This document shows, piece by piece, positions 26,159-36,119 of a DNA stretch of 50,910 nt. How positions within the stretch are numbered: the stretch's first letter is position 1; every line of letters begins with the position of its first letter. This DNA is from a virus. Lineage: Duplodnaviria > Caudoviricetes. The DNA is taken from positions 1-50,910 of the IMG/VR virus record IMGVR_UViG_3300034175_000007, one strand, 5' to 3'. Below the pieces are notes generated by a model. It did not search any database, was not told where the DNA came from, and was given only the letters and a program-made list of their open reading frames with translations. The position numbers and the translations under genes are program-made.

Positions 26159-27730
26159 TTAGTCCTCAAGGCCGTGCTTGCGGAAGTGGTCTTCGATGTG
26201 TGGCTTCATTGCATGCCAATCGGCATACTTTACGTGCTTAGCATTGTTGCTGTACACGTGATCGGTTGCGTCTTGTACGTAATTGTAGTGCTTCGCTGCC
26301 TTCATCATGTCGCCATGCATGGAGTCAGCACGAGCATGAGAAGCGAAGTGCTTACCAGCCTTCTCTACTGCAGCATCGTCTTCCTTCTTGCCTTCGTCGA
26401 GACTCTCGATGTGCTCACGGAGCCTCATCTTAGCCTTATCGACGCCAGCTGTGCGCTTAGCTACACGACCGAAGTGCTTCTCAGCAGTTGCCGAGTGATG
26501 TGCTGCACTAGCGTCGTCACCCTTGACCTTAGCCACGAAAGCCGAATGGTCATGGTTAGTTACGACGTCTTGATGCTTTGCTGCATCGCCACGAGCCTTA
26601 CGTGCGTATGCCTTTAGCTTACCACGAGATAGCTCATCGACCTGCTCGACTTCTTCTTTGTTAAGCTTTTTATGAGCGCGATGTAGACCTTCGCTTGACT
26701 TTTTAATGAAACGATCTACGCGACCCTTAGCTTTTGGTGTAAGAGTATGATCGTTTTCACGACTAAACTGCTTCATGTGAAGGTTAGTTCCAGTGCGCTT
26801 AGAGATATACGACTTTAGAGTATCCTTAGATACTTCATCGATCTGAGTCTCTTCACCTAGCTTCTCGACAGCCTTCTTCACTCCAGCATGACGCTTGAAG
26901 TAAGTCTTACGATCACCGCTAGCGAATGCATCGCGCTTCTGGTCTTGTGCCTTATCAGCGTACTTAACCAGCTTCGACCTAGATAGCTCAGAGATCAGAT
27001 TGAGTACCTTCTCGACAATGGAGGTAGACTCAGCGAAGATCTTCTTCATGTGAACTGCTTTCTTCGTGTCAGCAGTCTTGATGCCAGCCTTACGAACTGC
27101 GATCTTATGATCTAGCTTATTAGTAGAAGCACCGTGATCGGTAGATAGAGTACGAGCCTTTGTCAGCGAGTTAACCGTACGACGGCTCTTCTCGGTGTAC
27201 TTAGCCATCTTACCGTAGCTGAGTTCGTCGATCTGCTCTTCTTCTTCTTCGTCGATCTTCTTGAGCTGGTTCTCTTTACGGTTGTGAAGAGTGCGACCTG
27301 CTGACTGGAAAGTTCCTGTCTTGGGATCAATGTTTCCCGTTGCAAGCTCTTCTTCGTCGTTAACACCTTCTCCAATTGAGTGGCCGCCAGCAGGTGGGGT
27401 CGGCTCAGCCTTAACTTCAACTGGATCAGAAACGACGTCAGGCACATCAATAGCTTCAGCAGAAACTACGAGCGGCTTAGCTTCGATCTTGCCGTGCATC
27501 AGCGCGTTATCGAGGACCTGCATCGCCATGTCCCACTCTTTGTTGCCGACTGCGACAGTCTTCTCGTCCTTACGAGTAGCGGTTGAGATACCATTGTCAT
27601 GAAGTACTTGAAGAGCAACTTCGACGCGATATGGTTCAGGAATCTTTAGTGCGGGAGCGTGCTGTTCATTAAGTTCGCCACCTCCCATCATGTCCCTGAT
27701 GATCATCTCAGGACTACGATACTTCTTCAT
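26159..27730 (-). CDS. Basic repeat-containing putative internal head protein
   Basis: Four xxE(L/V)S...Y..K repeats separated by Lys/His-rich spacers. Confidence 0.6.
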   Translation of the reverse strand: MKKYRSPEMIIRDMMGGGELNEQHAPALKIPEPYRVEVALQVLHDNGISTATRKDEKTVAVGNKEWDMAMQVLDNALMHGKIEAKPLVVSAEAIDVPDVVSDPVEVKAEPTPPAGGHSIGEGVNDEEELATGNIDPKTGTFQSAGRTLHNRKENQLKKIDEEEEEQIDELSYGKMAKYTEKSRRTVNSLTKARTLSTDHGASTNKLDHKIAVRKAGIKTADTKKAVHMKKIFAESTSIVEKVLNLISELSRSKLVKYADKAQDQKRDAFASGDRKTYFKRHAGVKKAVEKLGEETQIDEVSKDTLKSYISKRTGTNLHMKQFSRENDHTLTPKAKGRVDRFIKKSSEGLHRAHKKLNKEEVEQVDELSRGKLKAYARKARGDAAKHQDVVTNHDHSAFVAKVKGDDASAAHHSATAEKHFGRVAKRTAGVDKAKMRLREHIESLDEGKKEDDAAVEKAGKHFASHARADSMHGDMMKAAKHYNYVQDATDHVYSNNAKHVKYADWHAMKPHIEDHFRKHGLED

Positions 27731-27761
27731 TATTCTCTCCTAAGCGGATTTTGTTTATTTA

Positions 27762-28364
27762 TTAGTTGATGAACTTATAAGTCTGATTGCGAGAATTAGC
27801 ATCCAGTGGAGTGTCGCTTACAATGAAGCGGTCCTTGATGACAATTCCCTCAGCCTTATACGCAAGGTATACACTATGGCGATTACCGCCCATCTGAACA
27901 CCGCCATTATAACGAAGACCATCGAAGCCAAGACGAATCAGCTTCTCTCTTGCTGCTTTCGTGTTCACCATGCCGTTAGACATACCACGAAACACTTGAT
28001 CACCATTGAGATTCATCTGACCCGACTTGAGTTTCGATATAACCTCTAGGCGATCATCACCAGCACGAAATAGCTTAGCTCCACGAGCAAAGGTATCAAA
28101 GTCGTTGCCGATCATATCAAGCAGAATCTTGCCGGTGTAGATAGTATCGACATCAAACATGCGCTTGATATCCAACTCTACCTCGTAGATATACTTCTCG
28201 CCACCGAGGCGACGAGCCATGCTGGAAGCGTAACTCTTAGCAATGTCGAGGGTATCAGTAAAGTATGCGACTCCGCCACCATAGAGATCGTTAGCAATAC
28301 GAGCCTTGCTCTGCTCGAACTTGCCGAAGCGACCATTAGTTCCATGGAAAGCTTTGTACTTCAT
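27762..28364 (-). CDS. ADP-ribosyltransferase-like protein (ART-PolyVal type)
   Basis: FHGT...F...G.YFT....A.SYA...YEV.L...GFDG. Confidence 0.65.
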   Translation of the reverse strand: MKYKAFHGTNGRFGKFEQSKARIANDLYGGGVAYFTDTLDIAKSYASSMARRLGGEKYIYEVELDIKRMFDVDTIYTGKILLDMIGNDFDTFARGAKLFRAGDDRLEVISKLKSGQMNLNGDQVFRGMSNGMVNTKAAREKLIRLGFDGLRYNGGVQMGGNRHSVYLAYKAEGIVIKDRFIVSDTPLDANSRNQTYKFIN

Positions 28365-29029
28365 TACTTCTTCTTCCTTCGACTAATCTTTGCAGTGGTC
28401 TTAAGAACTTCGAGGACTCGTGAAGCGTGCTCGTGCTTCTTTGCACGGTGTAGATCCATACGACGAAGTTCTGGATCACGCTCTTTGCCGGCTAGCTGAC
28501 GACTCACTTCATGGTGAGCGTTGTGAAGAGCCTGCCTAGCTTTGATGTAGTGCTTACCTTCGATGATGTGACCCGATGCGTCTAGATGACGGCCGTTGTG
28601 GTCAGTACGTGAAACGACCCTACCATTTTCGACCTTATGCACATCGTGCTTCATGGTGTTAGCGTGATAATACGCCTTCTCTTTCTGGTGATGCTTACGA
28701 ATCACAGACTGAGTATCGCGCTTAACAACGTGGTATAGAACCTTATCACTAATTCTCTTACCCTCTTTAAGGTCTTCAGAAGAATTGTCAAGGGCTTCTT
28801 TTAGGTCCTTGTCCATTTTCGATGCAAGACCACCGGCAATGAACGAATCTACACGATTGAAGGCATACTGTTGTGGAGTCTTATTCGTATCTTCACTCCA
28901 CGCAACAATGCCCCGGTCGAAGACCTCCTGGAGGACCTCGGCCGAGACACTATGCTTTTCAGCTCTTTCGTTGATCGCAGCTTTAGCTGCTTCAGATGCT
29001 ACGAACTGACTAAACTTTTGAATTGACAT
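28364..29029 (-). CDS. Hypothetical, probably virion-associated protein
   Basis: LQEVFDRGIVAW...TPQQYAFNRVDSF domain; LxE motifs. Confidence 0.55.
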   Translation of the reverse strand: MSIQKFSQFVASEAAKAAINERAEKHSVSAEVLQEVFDRGIVAWSEDTNKTPQQYAFNRVDSFIAGGLASKMDKDLKEALDNSSEDLKEGKRISDKVLYHVVKRDTQSVIRKHHQKEKAYYHANTMKHDVHKVENGRVVSRTDHNGRHLDASGHIIEGKHYIKARQALHNAHHEVSRQLAGKERDPELRRMDLHRAKKHEHASRVLEVLKTTAKISRRKKK

Positions 29030-29553
29030 CCCTCTCGTACTCTCGCCATAATGTCCGAAGACATCGACCTGAGCTTGGGAGGCAGGCCACGTTCAAAGGT
29101 GTCATAATCATTAAGCTTAGCCGCCTCACGCATCTTGGAGGCAGACATACCTGAAACTGTAGACGAGTCATCGCGGATACCCGCATTATGAACTCGGAGT
29201 CTATGAAAGCGATATTCGAATTGATTGTACTTTTCGATACGCTTTGCAAGATCATCATACCGATCTCCGCCAATGACAACATCCAGCTCGTTGAAGCCGA
29301 GTTTGTCGACGAATTTCAGCATAGCGAAGAAGTCAAACATCGGCATTGGAGACACGAATGTCGTCACGCCTTCGAAGGCCTTCTTCATCAGCTTCAGCTT
29401 ATAATCGAAGTCAAGTGGATTAGACTTCGCATCATGGGATTGTGAGAGATAGATCCGCTGCTCGACGGCAGGGAGACTTTGCATCTTCTTGACGACCAGT
29501 TCATGACCGATCGTAGGCGGATTAGCACGCATGAAAGTGACTGCAAGTCGCAT
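28999..29553 (-). CDS. Cytidylyltransferase-like (HIGH-class nucleotidyltransferase) protein
   Basis: RANPPTIGH, NPL, GGDR, MSASKMR; TATAAATA at ~29587-29594. Confidence 0.85.
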   Translation of the reverse strand: MRLAVTFMRANPPTIGHELVVKKMQSLPAVEQRIYLSQSHDAKSNPLDFDYKLKLMKKAFEGVTTFVSPMPMFDFFAMLKFVDKLGFNELDVVIGGDRYDDLAKRIEKYNQFEYRFHRLRVHNAGIRDDSSTVSGMSASKMREAAKLNDYDTFERGLPPKLRSMSSDIMARVREGCQFKSLVSS

Positions 29554-29605
29554 CTATCAGGTTTCCCTTGGGCTTTAACTGATCGCTTATTTATACGCGA
29601 TCGTA

Positions 29606-29887
29606 TTACAGAATGCCGAGTGCTTCGCGCTCTTCGACAGTCAACTTAGCGCGGCCAGACTCACGTAGTGCACGGCGGCGCTTCTCGTCTTGTTCGAGAT
29701 GGTCCTTGTACCAATCGTGCATCTCTTTATTCCAGAGAGACAGATCGTTTACGGTACAGCAGGTCTCAGCTATGAACGTCTTAATGGCTGTACATGCGAC
29801 CCGAGTGGCTAGATCGAGCCGTGCGCGCAGTTCATCAAAGTCTCGTTGGCAGGGTGTAGGGTCATCGTAGTAATCGTCACGACACAT
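29606..29887 (-). CDS. Hypothetical protein
   Basis: C-terminal KLTVEEREALG motif. Confidence 0.6.
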   Translation of the reverse strand: MCRDDYYDDPTPCQRDFDELRARLDLATRVACTAIKTFIAETCCTVNDLSLWNKEMHDWYKDHLEQDEKRRRALRESGRAKLTVEEREALGIL

Positions 29888-30972
29888 TATGCTTTTGCGA
29901 ACCTCTTATTCATGAAATTGAGACGGCTGAACTCGAGCCGATCGACGAGCTTGCAGGGTACACCATGATAGGTGACTACGAACCCTTCACCCTTCACTGG
30001 CTTTTCATTCACCTCGGTGTAGAACTCAGGATTGAGCGACATGATATAGATCAAGATCTTCTTGACGATGGTCAGTCTTTCGTGAATAGCAAACAGAATG
30101 CCAAACCCAGTGTCTGGCGTAACGTCCTTAGCCAACTCATCTTCGCCCCGGTTCTGCAAGAAGGTGCGATACATCTCGATGCACGGTACAGGCTCACCCA
30201 TCTTAACGCAGTAGTTGATGAACATGCGGAGCATCTCTTTGTGTTCTACGCATGCGTTATATGCACGACGTTCCTGGCCGGTCATGTGCATAATGTCGAG
30301 CCATTCCATATGCTCCGCCATGTTCATGAGCTGATCATCGGAAGGACGACGCAGCTTCATGAGGTTGATGGAGGGATCGACGAAGTATGCATCATTACCC
30401 ATCATACGAAAGCGGAACGTGTCGATAGCTTCGGCAGGCAGCGCTTCGAGCGTATCCATCGAAGTGCCGGCATACTTGGTGTGGATAACCATGCCGACTT
30501 CCGCGTGATGCATATCCTCGGCTTCGGGATTCATCGCATCGAAGTGGTAGGTGATAGTGTTCGGCGTGAAGCTGATGAGCTTGTCGTTCAGCTGAATGCT
30601 ATCTGAAGTCCAGAGCAGATCGGCCTGCCAGATGTGAGCGTAGTCTGGGAACTTATCGACGGCCTTGAACACGGCCTTCAGCTTAGCGGCTAGCTCTGGC
30701 TTGCTGCCATACAGACGATCGATGTCTTCATTGCTATATGCGATCTTCGGTGTACGATTAAAGACCGACTTGGTGCCGATGAAGTTGCGAGCGTTCTCGG
30801 GATTGCGGCCGAAGACGATGGAGGGTGCACCATCATACTTGACCGAGGCGACCAGGTTATTAACAGCCTCACCGGAGACCGTATCGACGATAGCATCTAG
30901 CGTATCGTATGCCTGGATAAAATGTCCTGCAAACAGCAGGTCTTCAACGTGATCGAGGTGAGTGATCTTCAA
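29887..30972 (-). CDS. Conserved T4-like protein (DUF6267-like, nucleotidyltransferase/ligase-like fold)
   Basis: THLDHVED, KYDGAPSIVFG, GTKSVFN, FTPNTITY, EGFV..KLVDRLEFS. Confidence 0.7.
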   Translation of the reverse strand: MKITHLDHVEDLLFAGHFIQAYDTLDAIVDTVSGEAVNNLVASVKYDGAPSIVFGRNPENARNFIGTKSVFNRTPKIAYSNEDIDRLYGSKPELAAKLKAVFKAVDKFPDYAHIWQADLLWTSDSIQLNDKLISFTPNTITYHFDAMNPEAEDMHHAEVGMVIHTKYAGTSMDTLEALPAEAIDTFRFRMMGNDAYFVDPSINLMKLRRPSDDQLMNMAEHMEWLDIMHMTGQERRAYNACVEHKEMLRMFINYCVKMGEPVPCIEMYRTFLQNRGEDELAKDVTPDTGFGILFAIHERLTIVKKILIYIMSLNPEFYTEVNEKPVKGEGFVVTYHGVPCKLVDRLEFSRLNFMNKRFAKA

Positions 30973-31093
30973 CGGAAGCCTCCGAAAGTCTCATTAATGC
31001 GCTTGTCAAAGTAGAAGTTAACCAACCGGACGAAATATCTCATCTAGGTCCTCCCTATGAGCCTCTTATAACAAGGTTATTCCTTATTGTAAA

Positions 31094-31807
31094 CTACAAA
31101 AATGGATTTATCTTAGAAGAGTTTGGTAGTACCGAGTAGTTACTGGGCTCAAGGGACTTCATCTTTACTTCCGCTTGTATCTCATAGAACTGACTTCTGT
31201 TTGATACACGAACGCGGAACTTACCGGTGCCCTTAAGCTCTGGTATGTCCGCTGATAGACCTAATGGATTTGTATTGCTTAGCAGATAGAAGTCGTCTCC
31301 TGTCTGCATATAGTAGACTGGTTCAGCCTTACCTTTGTTGTAATGGCTTGCTACTAACTGAGTGATGTCGTAGTTCTGATAGTCGAGTATGTAAGATGCG
31401 TTCTTCTTACAGTATGATCGCATCAGCTCCTTCGGAATAGCATTATCGACTCCCATCTGAGACTTATTCGTTGGTATGTAGACTGACTCGTAGGCCAATC
31501 CGCAATAGTCTGAGATGGAGTAAACAAAATCCCGCGCAGTTTCACTCTTATTTAACTCACTTACAATGTGACCCGCAACAGGAGTTGTGTACCTTGTTTT
31601 CCATGTATTTTCGTGGTAGTAAACCCTTGAATTAACAAGGTTATCTTGATGGCCCATCTTCACTTCTAGCCACGCGTCAGTGTTCTTGTAGTTGACAAGC
31701 ACGTCCGAGTAGCTCGTTCCGACATGCGGTCGGACAGCTGAGACATTTAGTAGAGAGTTGAGATGATCAGCCACGATTCGTTCGTGCTTATCAGATGCTT
31801 TAGACAT
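31094..31807 (-). CDS. PD-(D/E)XK-like endonuclease
   Basis: HE...YSDVLV...WLEVK; start at MSKASD (the track ORF extends into an upstream ncRNA and terminator). Confidence 0.55.
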   Translation of the reverse strand: MSKASDKHERIVADHLNSLLNVSAVRPHVGTSYSDVLVNYKNTDAWLEVKMGHQDNLVNSRVYYHENTWKTRYTTPVAGHIVSELNKSETARDFVYSISDYCGLAYESVYIPTNKSQMGVDNAIPKELMRSYCKKNASYILDYQNYDITQLVASHYNKGKAEPVYYMQTGDDFYLLSNTNPLGLSADIPELKGTGKFRVRVSNRSQFYEIQAEVKMKSLEPSNYSVLPNSSKINPFL

Positions 31808-31819
31808 GTTCTTAATACG

Positions 31820-31848
31820 AAAAAAGGGAGACCCTTTCGAGTCTCCCA
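31820..31848 (-). terminator. Intrinsic terminator
   Basis: GGGAGAC-TCGAAAGG-GTCTCCC-TTTTTT. Confidence 0.8.
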
Positions 31849-31854
31849 AAAAAA

Positions 31855-31996
31855 TCAGTGCGGACGAGAGGAACCACCACCTACCCCAGAACAGGGCCGA
31901 CCTCGTCACTTCCTTGTGCTTTATCAATAGCGCTTGCCACTTGGACTGCAGATCCAAACGCACTGCAGGGCTCTCTAGCTTTGCTAGTAGCCTGAT
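31855..31996 (-). ncRNA. Orphan structured RNA between a TATAAATA late promoter and a terminator
   Basis: TATAAATA at 32001-32008; CAGTGCG/CGCACTG closing stem; GACGAG/CTCGTC stem. Confidence 0.55.
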
Positions 31997-32003
31997 GCTC
32001 TAT

Positions 32004-32198
32004 TTATACCGAGAAGACAGCTTTCTGAAGAAAAAAGTCAGGAGTAAATCCATCGAATCCACCACCGGTATTCAGATGCTTCTGCAACTTGCGAGCTGCA
32101 TCTTCCTTTGCACGATGAGCGATGTCCTTGGTCTCACCTTCGTTGACTTCAGTAATGTTGTAACCATCGGCGATATCTTTACGTACGCGGTAACCCAT
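32004..32198 (-). CDS. Conserved T4-like small protein
   Basis: LNTGGGFDGFTPDFF motif. Confidence 0.7.
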   Translation of the reverse strand: MGYRVRKDIADGYNITEVNEGETKDIAHRAKEDAARKLQKHLNTGGGFDGFTPDFFLQKAVFSV

Positions 32199-32413
32199 TA
32201 TTCAACACCTTCGTTCTGGAGGATAGCAACTGCTTCTTTTAGATCTTCGATCTGGAGATGTAGCTCATAGACTTCGTTATCGAGATCAGCAATATCATCG
32301 ACAACATCCATATAGTCGTTCCAACTGACTTTACGCTCGCATTCGCATTCATCGTCAGACCAGATGAATAACATTACGACTAGAAAAGTAAACCAAACAA
32401 ACGCTAAAGTCAT
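32198..32413 (-). CDS. Small membrane-anchored coiled-coil protein
   Basis: N-terminal TM plus heptads. Confidence 0.55.
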   Translation of the reverse strand: MTLAFVWFTFLVVMLFIWSDDECECERKVSWNDYMDVVDDIADLDNEVYELHLQIEDLKEAVAILQNEGVE

Positions 32414-32602
32414 ATCAATCCTTAGATATGGTCGGCTAGAATAATAGCACTACCGATGATCACGCCGACGATGGTGACCACATTGAGCATCATAGCGATA
32501 ATCACCAGTTGTCGTCCAGATACTTGTCGAAGCTGTAAGCTACGATAGCGAAAGCGGCAATGGTGCCTAACGTTAGAGCGGCAATAGGAATAAGAACGAT
32601 CA

Positions 32603-32911
32603 TCACCAGAATCCCATGTCGTAAGTGGATGGTTGAGTTGGAGGAGTAGGAGACGAAGGAGTATAAGACGACTCTTTCTTCTCCACAGGTGGAACGTAGA
32701 ATGAAGGTTCAGCCTGAACCATAGGCTTCGGCTTACGTGTTTCATCCTTCGACTCAGGAACGTAAGTCGTTATGCTACTAGTCCACGTAGGAGGTGGAGC
32801 ATAGTCACGCCAATCATAGCGTTGTCGCACTGGAGCTTGAAGAACTGCCAGTACGCAGATCACGGTAGTACATAAACAAACAACGCCGAATATAACAATC
32901 ATCTCAATCAT
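32603..32911 (-). CDS. Small membrane protein, Pro-rich
   Basis: N-terminal hydrophobic helix. Confidence 0.5.
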   Translation of the reverse strand: MIEMIVIFGVVCLCTTVICVLAVLQAPVRQRYDWRDYAPPPTWTSSITTYVPESKDETRKPKPMVQAEPSFYVPPVEKKESSYTPSSPTPPTQPSTYDMGFW

Positions 32912-32983
32912 TATCTATAAACACATCCAAAAAGTTGAAGGACCACATGAGTAGCACGCCGATGAATATCATGAACGCTTCTA

Positions 32984-34396
32984 TCACTTGAACCCCACGA
33001 ACTTGTTATGATCAAATCCCTTAGAACCTAAGCTCTGCAGACGCTCTTCTTCAAGTCGCCTACCACTTGCAGTTCTATCCATTACAGGACCACCGAGGAT
33101 ATCTTCCTGGGCATCCTGCTCTACATCGAAGAGTCTCATCTTAGCCTTGTGAACACCGATGACAAACCTCTTACACTTGTTCTTATCAGCGTACCTGTTC
33201 TTCAACTGCTTGAAGAGGTACTGACCGAGTTCGGCAAGCTCTTCGGTCTCCATAACACCGATCATAAGATCAGCGGTAGCTGGTAGACCAAACGATTCTG
33301 AAGTATCATCAACATCAAGATCCGATGATGAGTAACCCGTCCTAGTAGTCTGAGTAGCCGAAACGATTGGAACATCGAATTCAACTGCAAGACCACGAAG
33401 CTCTTCAGCGATGCTCTTAACGTAGGTGTAAGAGTTGACATTACCTGACAGCTTGATACGTGAAGACGCACAGATGTTCAGGTAATCGATGTAGATGATC
33501 TTTGGACGGAAGTTCTTCTTAATGCGTAGTTCATTAAGAAGATGTCTGAAGTTACCAGCATGCGCAGAGGCAGTTGGGAACTCCTTAACGATGAGCCGGC
33601 CAGTTACCTTCTTACGAAGCTTAGCAACCTTCTTATCCCAGGCTTCAGGCGAGACATTAGCCATCTCATCGAGTTCGATGTCAAGTAGATTACCATCGAC
33701 ACGCTGAGAGATCATCTCTTCAGCCATTTCCATGGTGATGTACAGAACATCGAGACCGTCAGCTAGATTGTTAGCTGCCCAGTCACACATGATAAGAGAC
33801 TTACCGACGTTGGTACCGGCAAGAATGATATTCAACGTCTTGTTTGGTAGTCCACCCTTAGTGATGTGGTTCATCAATTCAAGGTTGAACGGAATACGTG
33901 ACGTAGTACGACGATAGAACTCGAAGCGGTCTTCGAAGCCCTCCATGTAGTCATGGCCGATGTTGGTATCAAAACCAACAGACAGAGCTTCAGTCATGAT
34001 GCCCGGAAGAGCACCTGGACCTTCAGCGTTGTTAGGATCGTCAAGGATCTCGATTGAACGCCTTACGGCATTATAGATCGCCTTGTCTTTACAGAACTGC
34101 TCTGTATTCTCCAGCAACCAATCGATCGAGTCTACATTGTTAGGCTCGAAGTTGGCAATGACCTCCTGCGCAGCAGGAAAGGACGACTCATCGAGATCCT
34201 TCCTGCTGGTAAGATCGACTAGGAGGGATCGAGCTGAAGGTAGGGTGTTGTACTGATTGAAGTACGTATCAACAAGTTCGAATACTACCTTCTCGGAACG
34301 ATCATGGAAGTATTCAGACTTGAGAAACGGAATAGTCTTTCTGGTGTACTCTTCATTGTGCACCAGGTTGTTTAGAATTACTTGCTCTATATTCAT
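32984..34396 (-). CDS. Replicative DNA helicase (T4 gp41-like, DnaB family)
   Basis: AGTNVGKS Walker A, IYIDYL, SATQTTR, SESFGLPATAD, KNRY. Confidence 0.96.
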   Translation of the reverse strand: MNIEQVILNNLVHNEEYTRKTIPFLKSEYFHDRSEKVVFELVDTYFNQYNTLPSARSLLVDLTSRKDLDESSFPAAQEVIANFEPNNVDSIDWLLENTEQFCKDKAIYNAVRRSIEILDDPNNAEGPGALPGIMTEALSVGFDTNIGHDYMEGFEDRFEFYRRTTSRIPFNLELMNHITKGGLPNKTLNIILAGTNVGKSLIMCDWAANNLADGLDVLYITMEMAEEMISQRVDGNLLDIELDEMANVSPEAWDKKVAKLRKKVTGRLIVKEFPTASAHAGNFRHLLNELRIKKNFRPKIIYIDYLNICASSRIKLSGNVNSYTYVKSIAEELRGLAVEFDVPIVSATQTTRTGYSSSDLDVDDTSESFGLPATADLMIGVMETEELAELGQYLFKQLKNRYADKNKCKRFVIGVHKAKMRLFDVEQDAQEDILGGPVMDRTASGRRLEEERLQSLGSKGFDHNKFVGFK

Positions 34397-34450
34397 TGAA
34401 AACCTTAATACCCTCCTAGTCTAACACAAAACTATGAAAATGTCAAGGCA

Positions 34451-35599
34451 TTAGTCTTCAGCGAAGAGACTAGCTGCTCCTGCGACGAAGTCCTCTTCAT
34501 CTTCAGTGTCGTTAAACGTGTCTACTGGAATGACAGCATCTTCATTAGCAAGCAGTACGCCAACTGGGAGGATGTACTTATCTTCGATGAACTTGCCGAA
34601 GTCGGTAGTCCTCAGGATAGTCGACCAGATCTCTGAGTTCGTATTGATCTCAGCTTCACGGTACATCTTGCCTTCGAGTTCACCGGTGTCACGGTTACAG
34701 ATCTGGTACCAACCGTTCTTCGGCTTACCAACGTACTGACCTTCGAGTGCGAGGTCGAGGAAGCCAGACCACTTATTGATACCACCAGCGTACAGGATGC
34801 TGATCGGGATCTTCGCCTTCTCCTTAACGTAACGAGACTTCTCGACATTAAGAATGAAGTGGTAACCATCAATCGTCTTATCGGTCTTCTCTTGCTGGCG
34901 GCCGATGATGAAGATATTGTCAGCAGAGTAGTAGATGCCCGTACCACCAGATACGACAGCCTTCGAGTACATCTCTTGAGTCTGGTACGTGTGGTTAACT
35001 ACGATCATCGGAATGTTCTTGATCGTAAGGTGAGGGGTGACCATGCGGAACAGCGACTTAAGCTGCTTTGCACGAGTCATATCTGCCACCGACTTACCAG
35101 CCATAGCATCCTCAACTTCCTTCTTGGAAGCAAGGTTACCAACCGAGTCGATCATGATCAGAACATTGTCAGTACGCCCAAGTGCATCAAGCTGCTGCAT
35201 GATGTCGAACTTAAGCTCTTCGATGTTAGTGATCGGGCAGTGGACTACTCGTTCAGGATCAACACCAAGCGACGTGAAGTAGCTGGCGGGTGAACCGAAC
35301 TCTGAGTCATAGAAGAGGATGATACCATCTTCGTACTTTTCAAGGAATGCGCCGGCCGCCAAGAGGGTGAAGCCGGTCTTAAAGTGCTTTGACGGACCTG
35401 CAAAGATCGTCAAGCCTGCAGTGATACCACCATCGACCTTACCGCTGAATGCGACGTTGATCATGGGGACTCGAGTCTGAATAACGTCCTTGTTATTATA
35501 GATCTTAGACTCGGTAAGTAGTGCCGTGCCGTCTAGTGAAGTGTTCTTAATGAGACGCGACTTCAGTGACGCCTTAGGCGCGGATTCTAGTTTTGCCAT
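34451..35599 (-). CDS. uvsX: RecA-like recombinase UvsX
   Basis: AGPSKHFKT, YDSEFG, IDSVGNLASKKE, SGGTG. Confidence 0.96.
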   Translation of the reverse strand: MAKLESAPKASLKSRLIKNTSLDGTALLTESKIYNNKDVIQTRVPMINVAFSGKVDGGITAGLTIFAGPSKHFKTGFTLLAAGAFLEKYEDGIILFYDSEFGSPASYFTSLGVDPERVVHCPITNIEELKFDIMQQLDALGRTDNVLIMIDSVGNLASKKEVEDAMAGKSVADMTRAKQLKSLFRMVTPHLTIKNIPMIVVNHTYQTQEMYSKAVVSGGTGIYYSADNIFIIGRQQEKTDKTIDGYHFILNVEKSRYVKEKAKIPISILYAGGINKWSGFLDLALEGQYVGKPKNGWYQICNRDTGELEGKMYREAEINTNSEIWSTILRTTDFGKFIEDKYILPVGVLLANEDAVIPVDTFNDTEDEEDFVAGAASLFAED

Positions 35600-35657
35600 T
35601 GATTTACCTTATGCGGAGTATTGTAGTTTAACATAGTTTTGCAGAAATGTCAACTAC

Positions 35658-35924
35658 TTATAGCAACGCGTCGATGGCACGAGTGAGGATGTCTTCTGCA
35701 TCTTGGTAGGTCCACTCGTTACCACCGCCGATGACGCCAGCATCAGCCAGTCCTTGGCCGAGGTCATTGAACCAACCCGAGTTACCGAGTGGACGCTTAC
35801 CAGAGAAGCCCTCACCCTCGATGATCAGAGTGCAGAGCAGCTTCTTCAGATACTCACGGATAGTTACGTTAGCATTCAGATCAGCAGAATCGAAGTGAAT
35901 GTTTAGAATGTCGGTTGGTGTCAT
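35658..35924 (-). CDS. Hypothetical protein
   Basis: TIREYLK.LL..L..EGEGFSGKRPLGNSGW. Confidence 0.65.
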   Translation of the reverse strand: MTPTDILNIHFDSADLNANVTIREYLKKLLCTLIIEGEGFSGKRPLGNSGWFNDLGQGLADAGVIGGGNEWTYQDAEDILTRAIDALL

Positions 35925-36118
35925 TAGATCAGCTCATAAGTGGTGTTGCGAGTACGGGCGATAGACTTCATCTCGTCGATCCATACGATATTAGACGTAC
36001 GGACGGTAGATCCATCCTCAAACCTGTTGGTGTTGTCATTGTAGATCTGGCCTACTAGGAGCCGTACAGCTCCCAGCTCGAGGATACGCCAGTTACGAAG
36101 TTGTGCTTTTTGTTCCAT
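35924..36118 (-). CDS. Small hypothetical protein
   Basis: GQIYND..RF.DG..VRTS...TRNTTYEL motif. Confidence 0.6.
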   Translation of the reverse strand: MEQKAQLRNWRILELGAVRLLVGQIYNDNTNRFEDGSTVRTSNIVWIDEMKSIARTRNTTYELI

Positions 36119-36119
36119 G

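Noticed and set aside
31807-31963. N-terminal extension of the 31094 ORF from the GTG at 31963
   Set aside because: It crosses a strong terminator and a structured RNA; the ATG at 31807 is more plausible.
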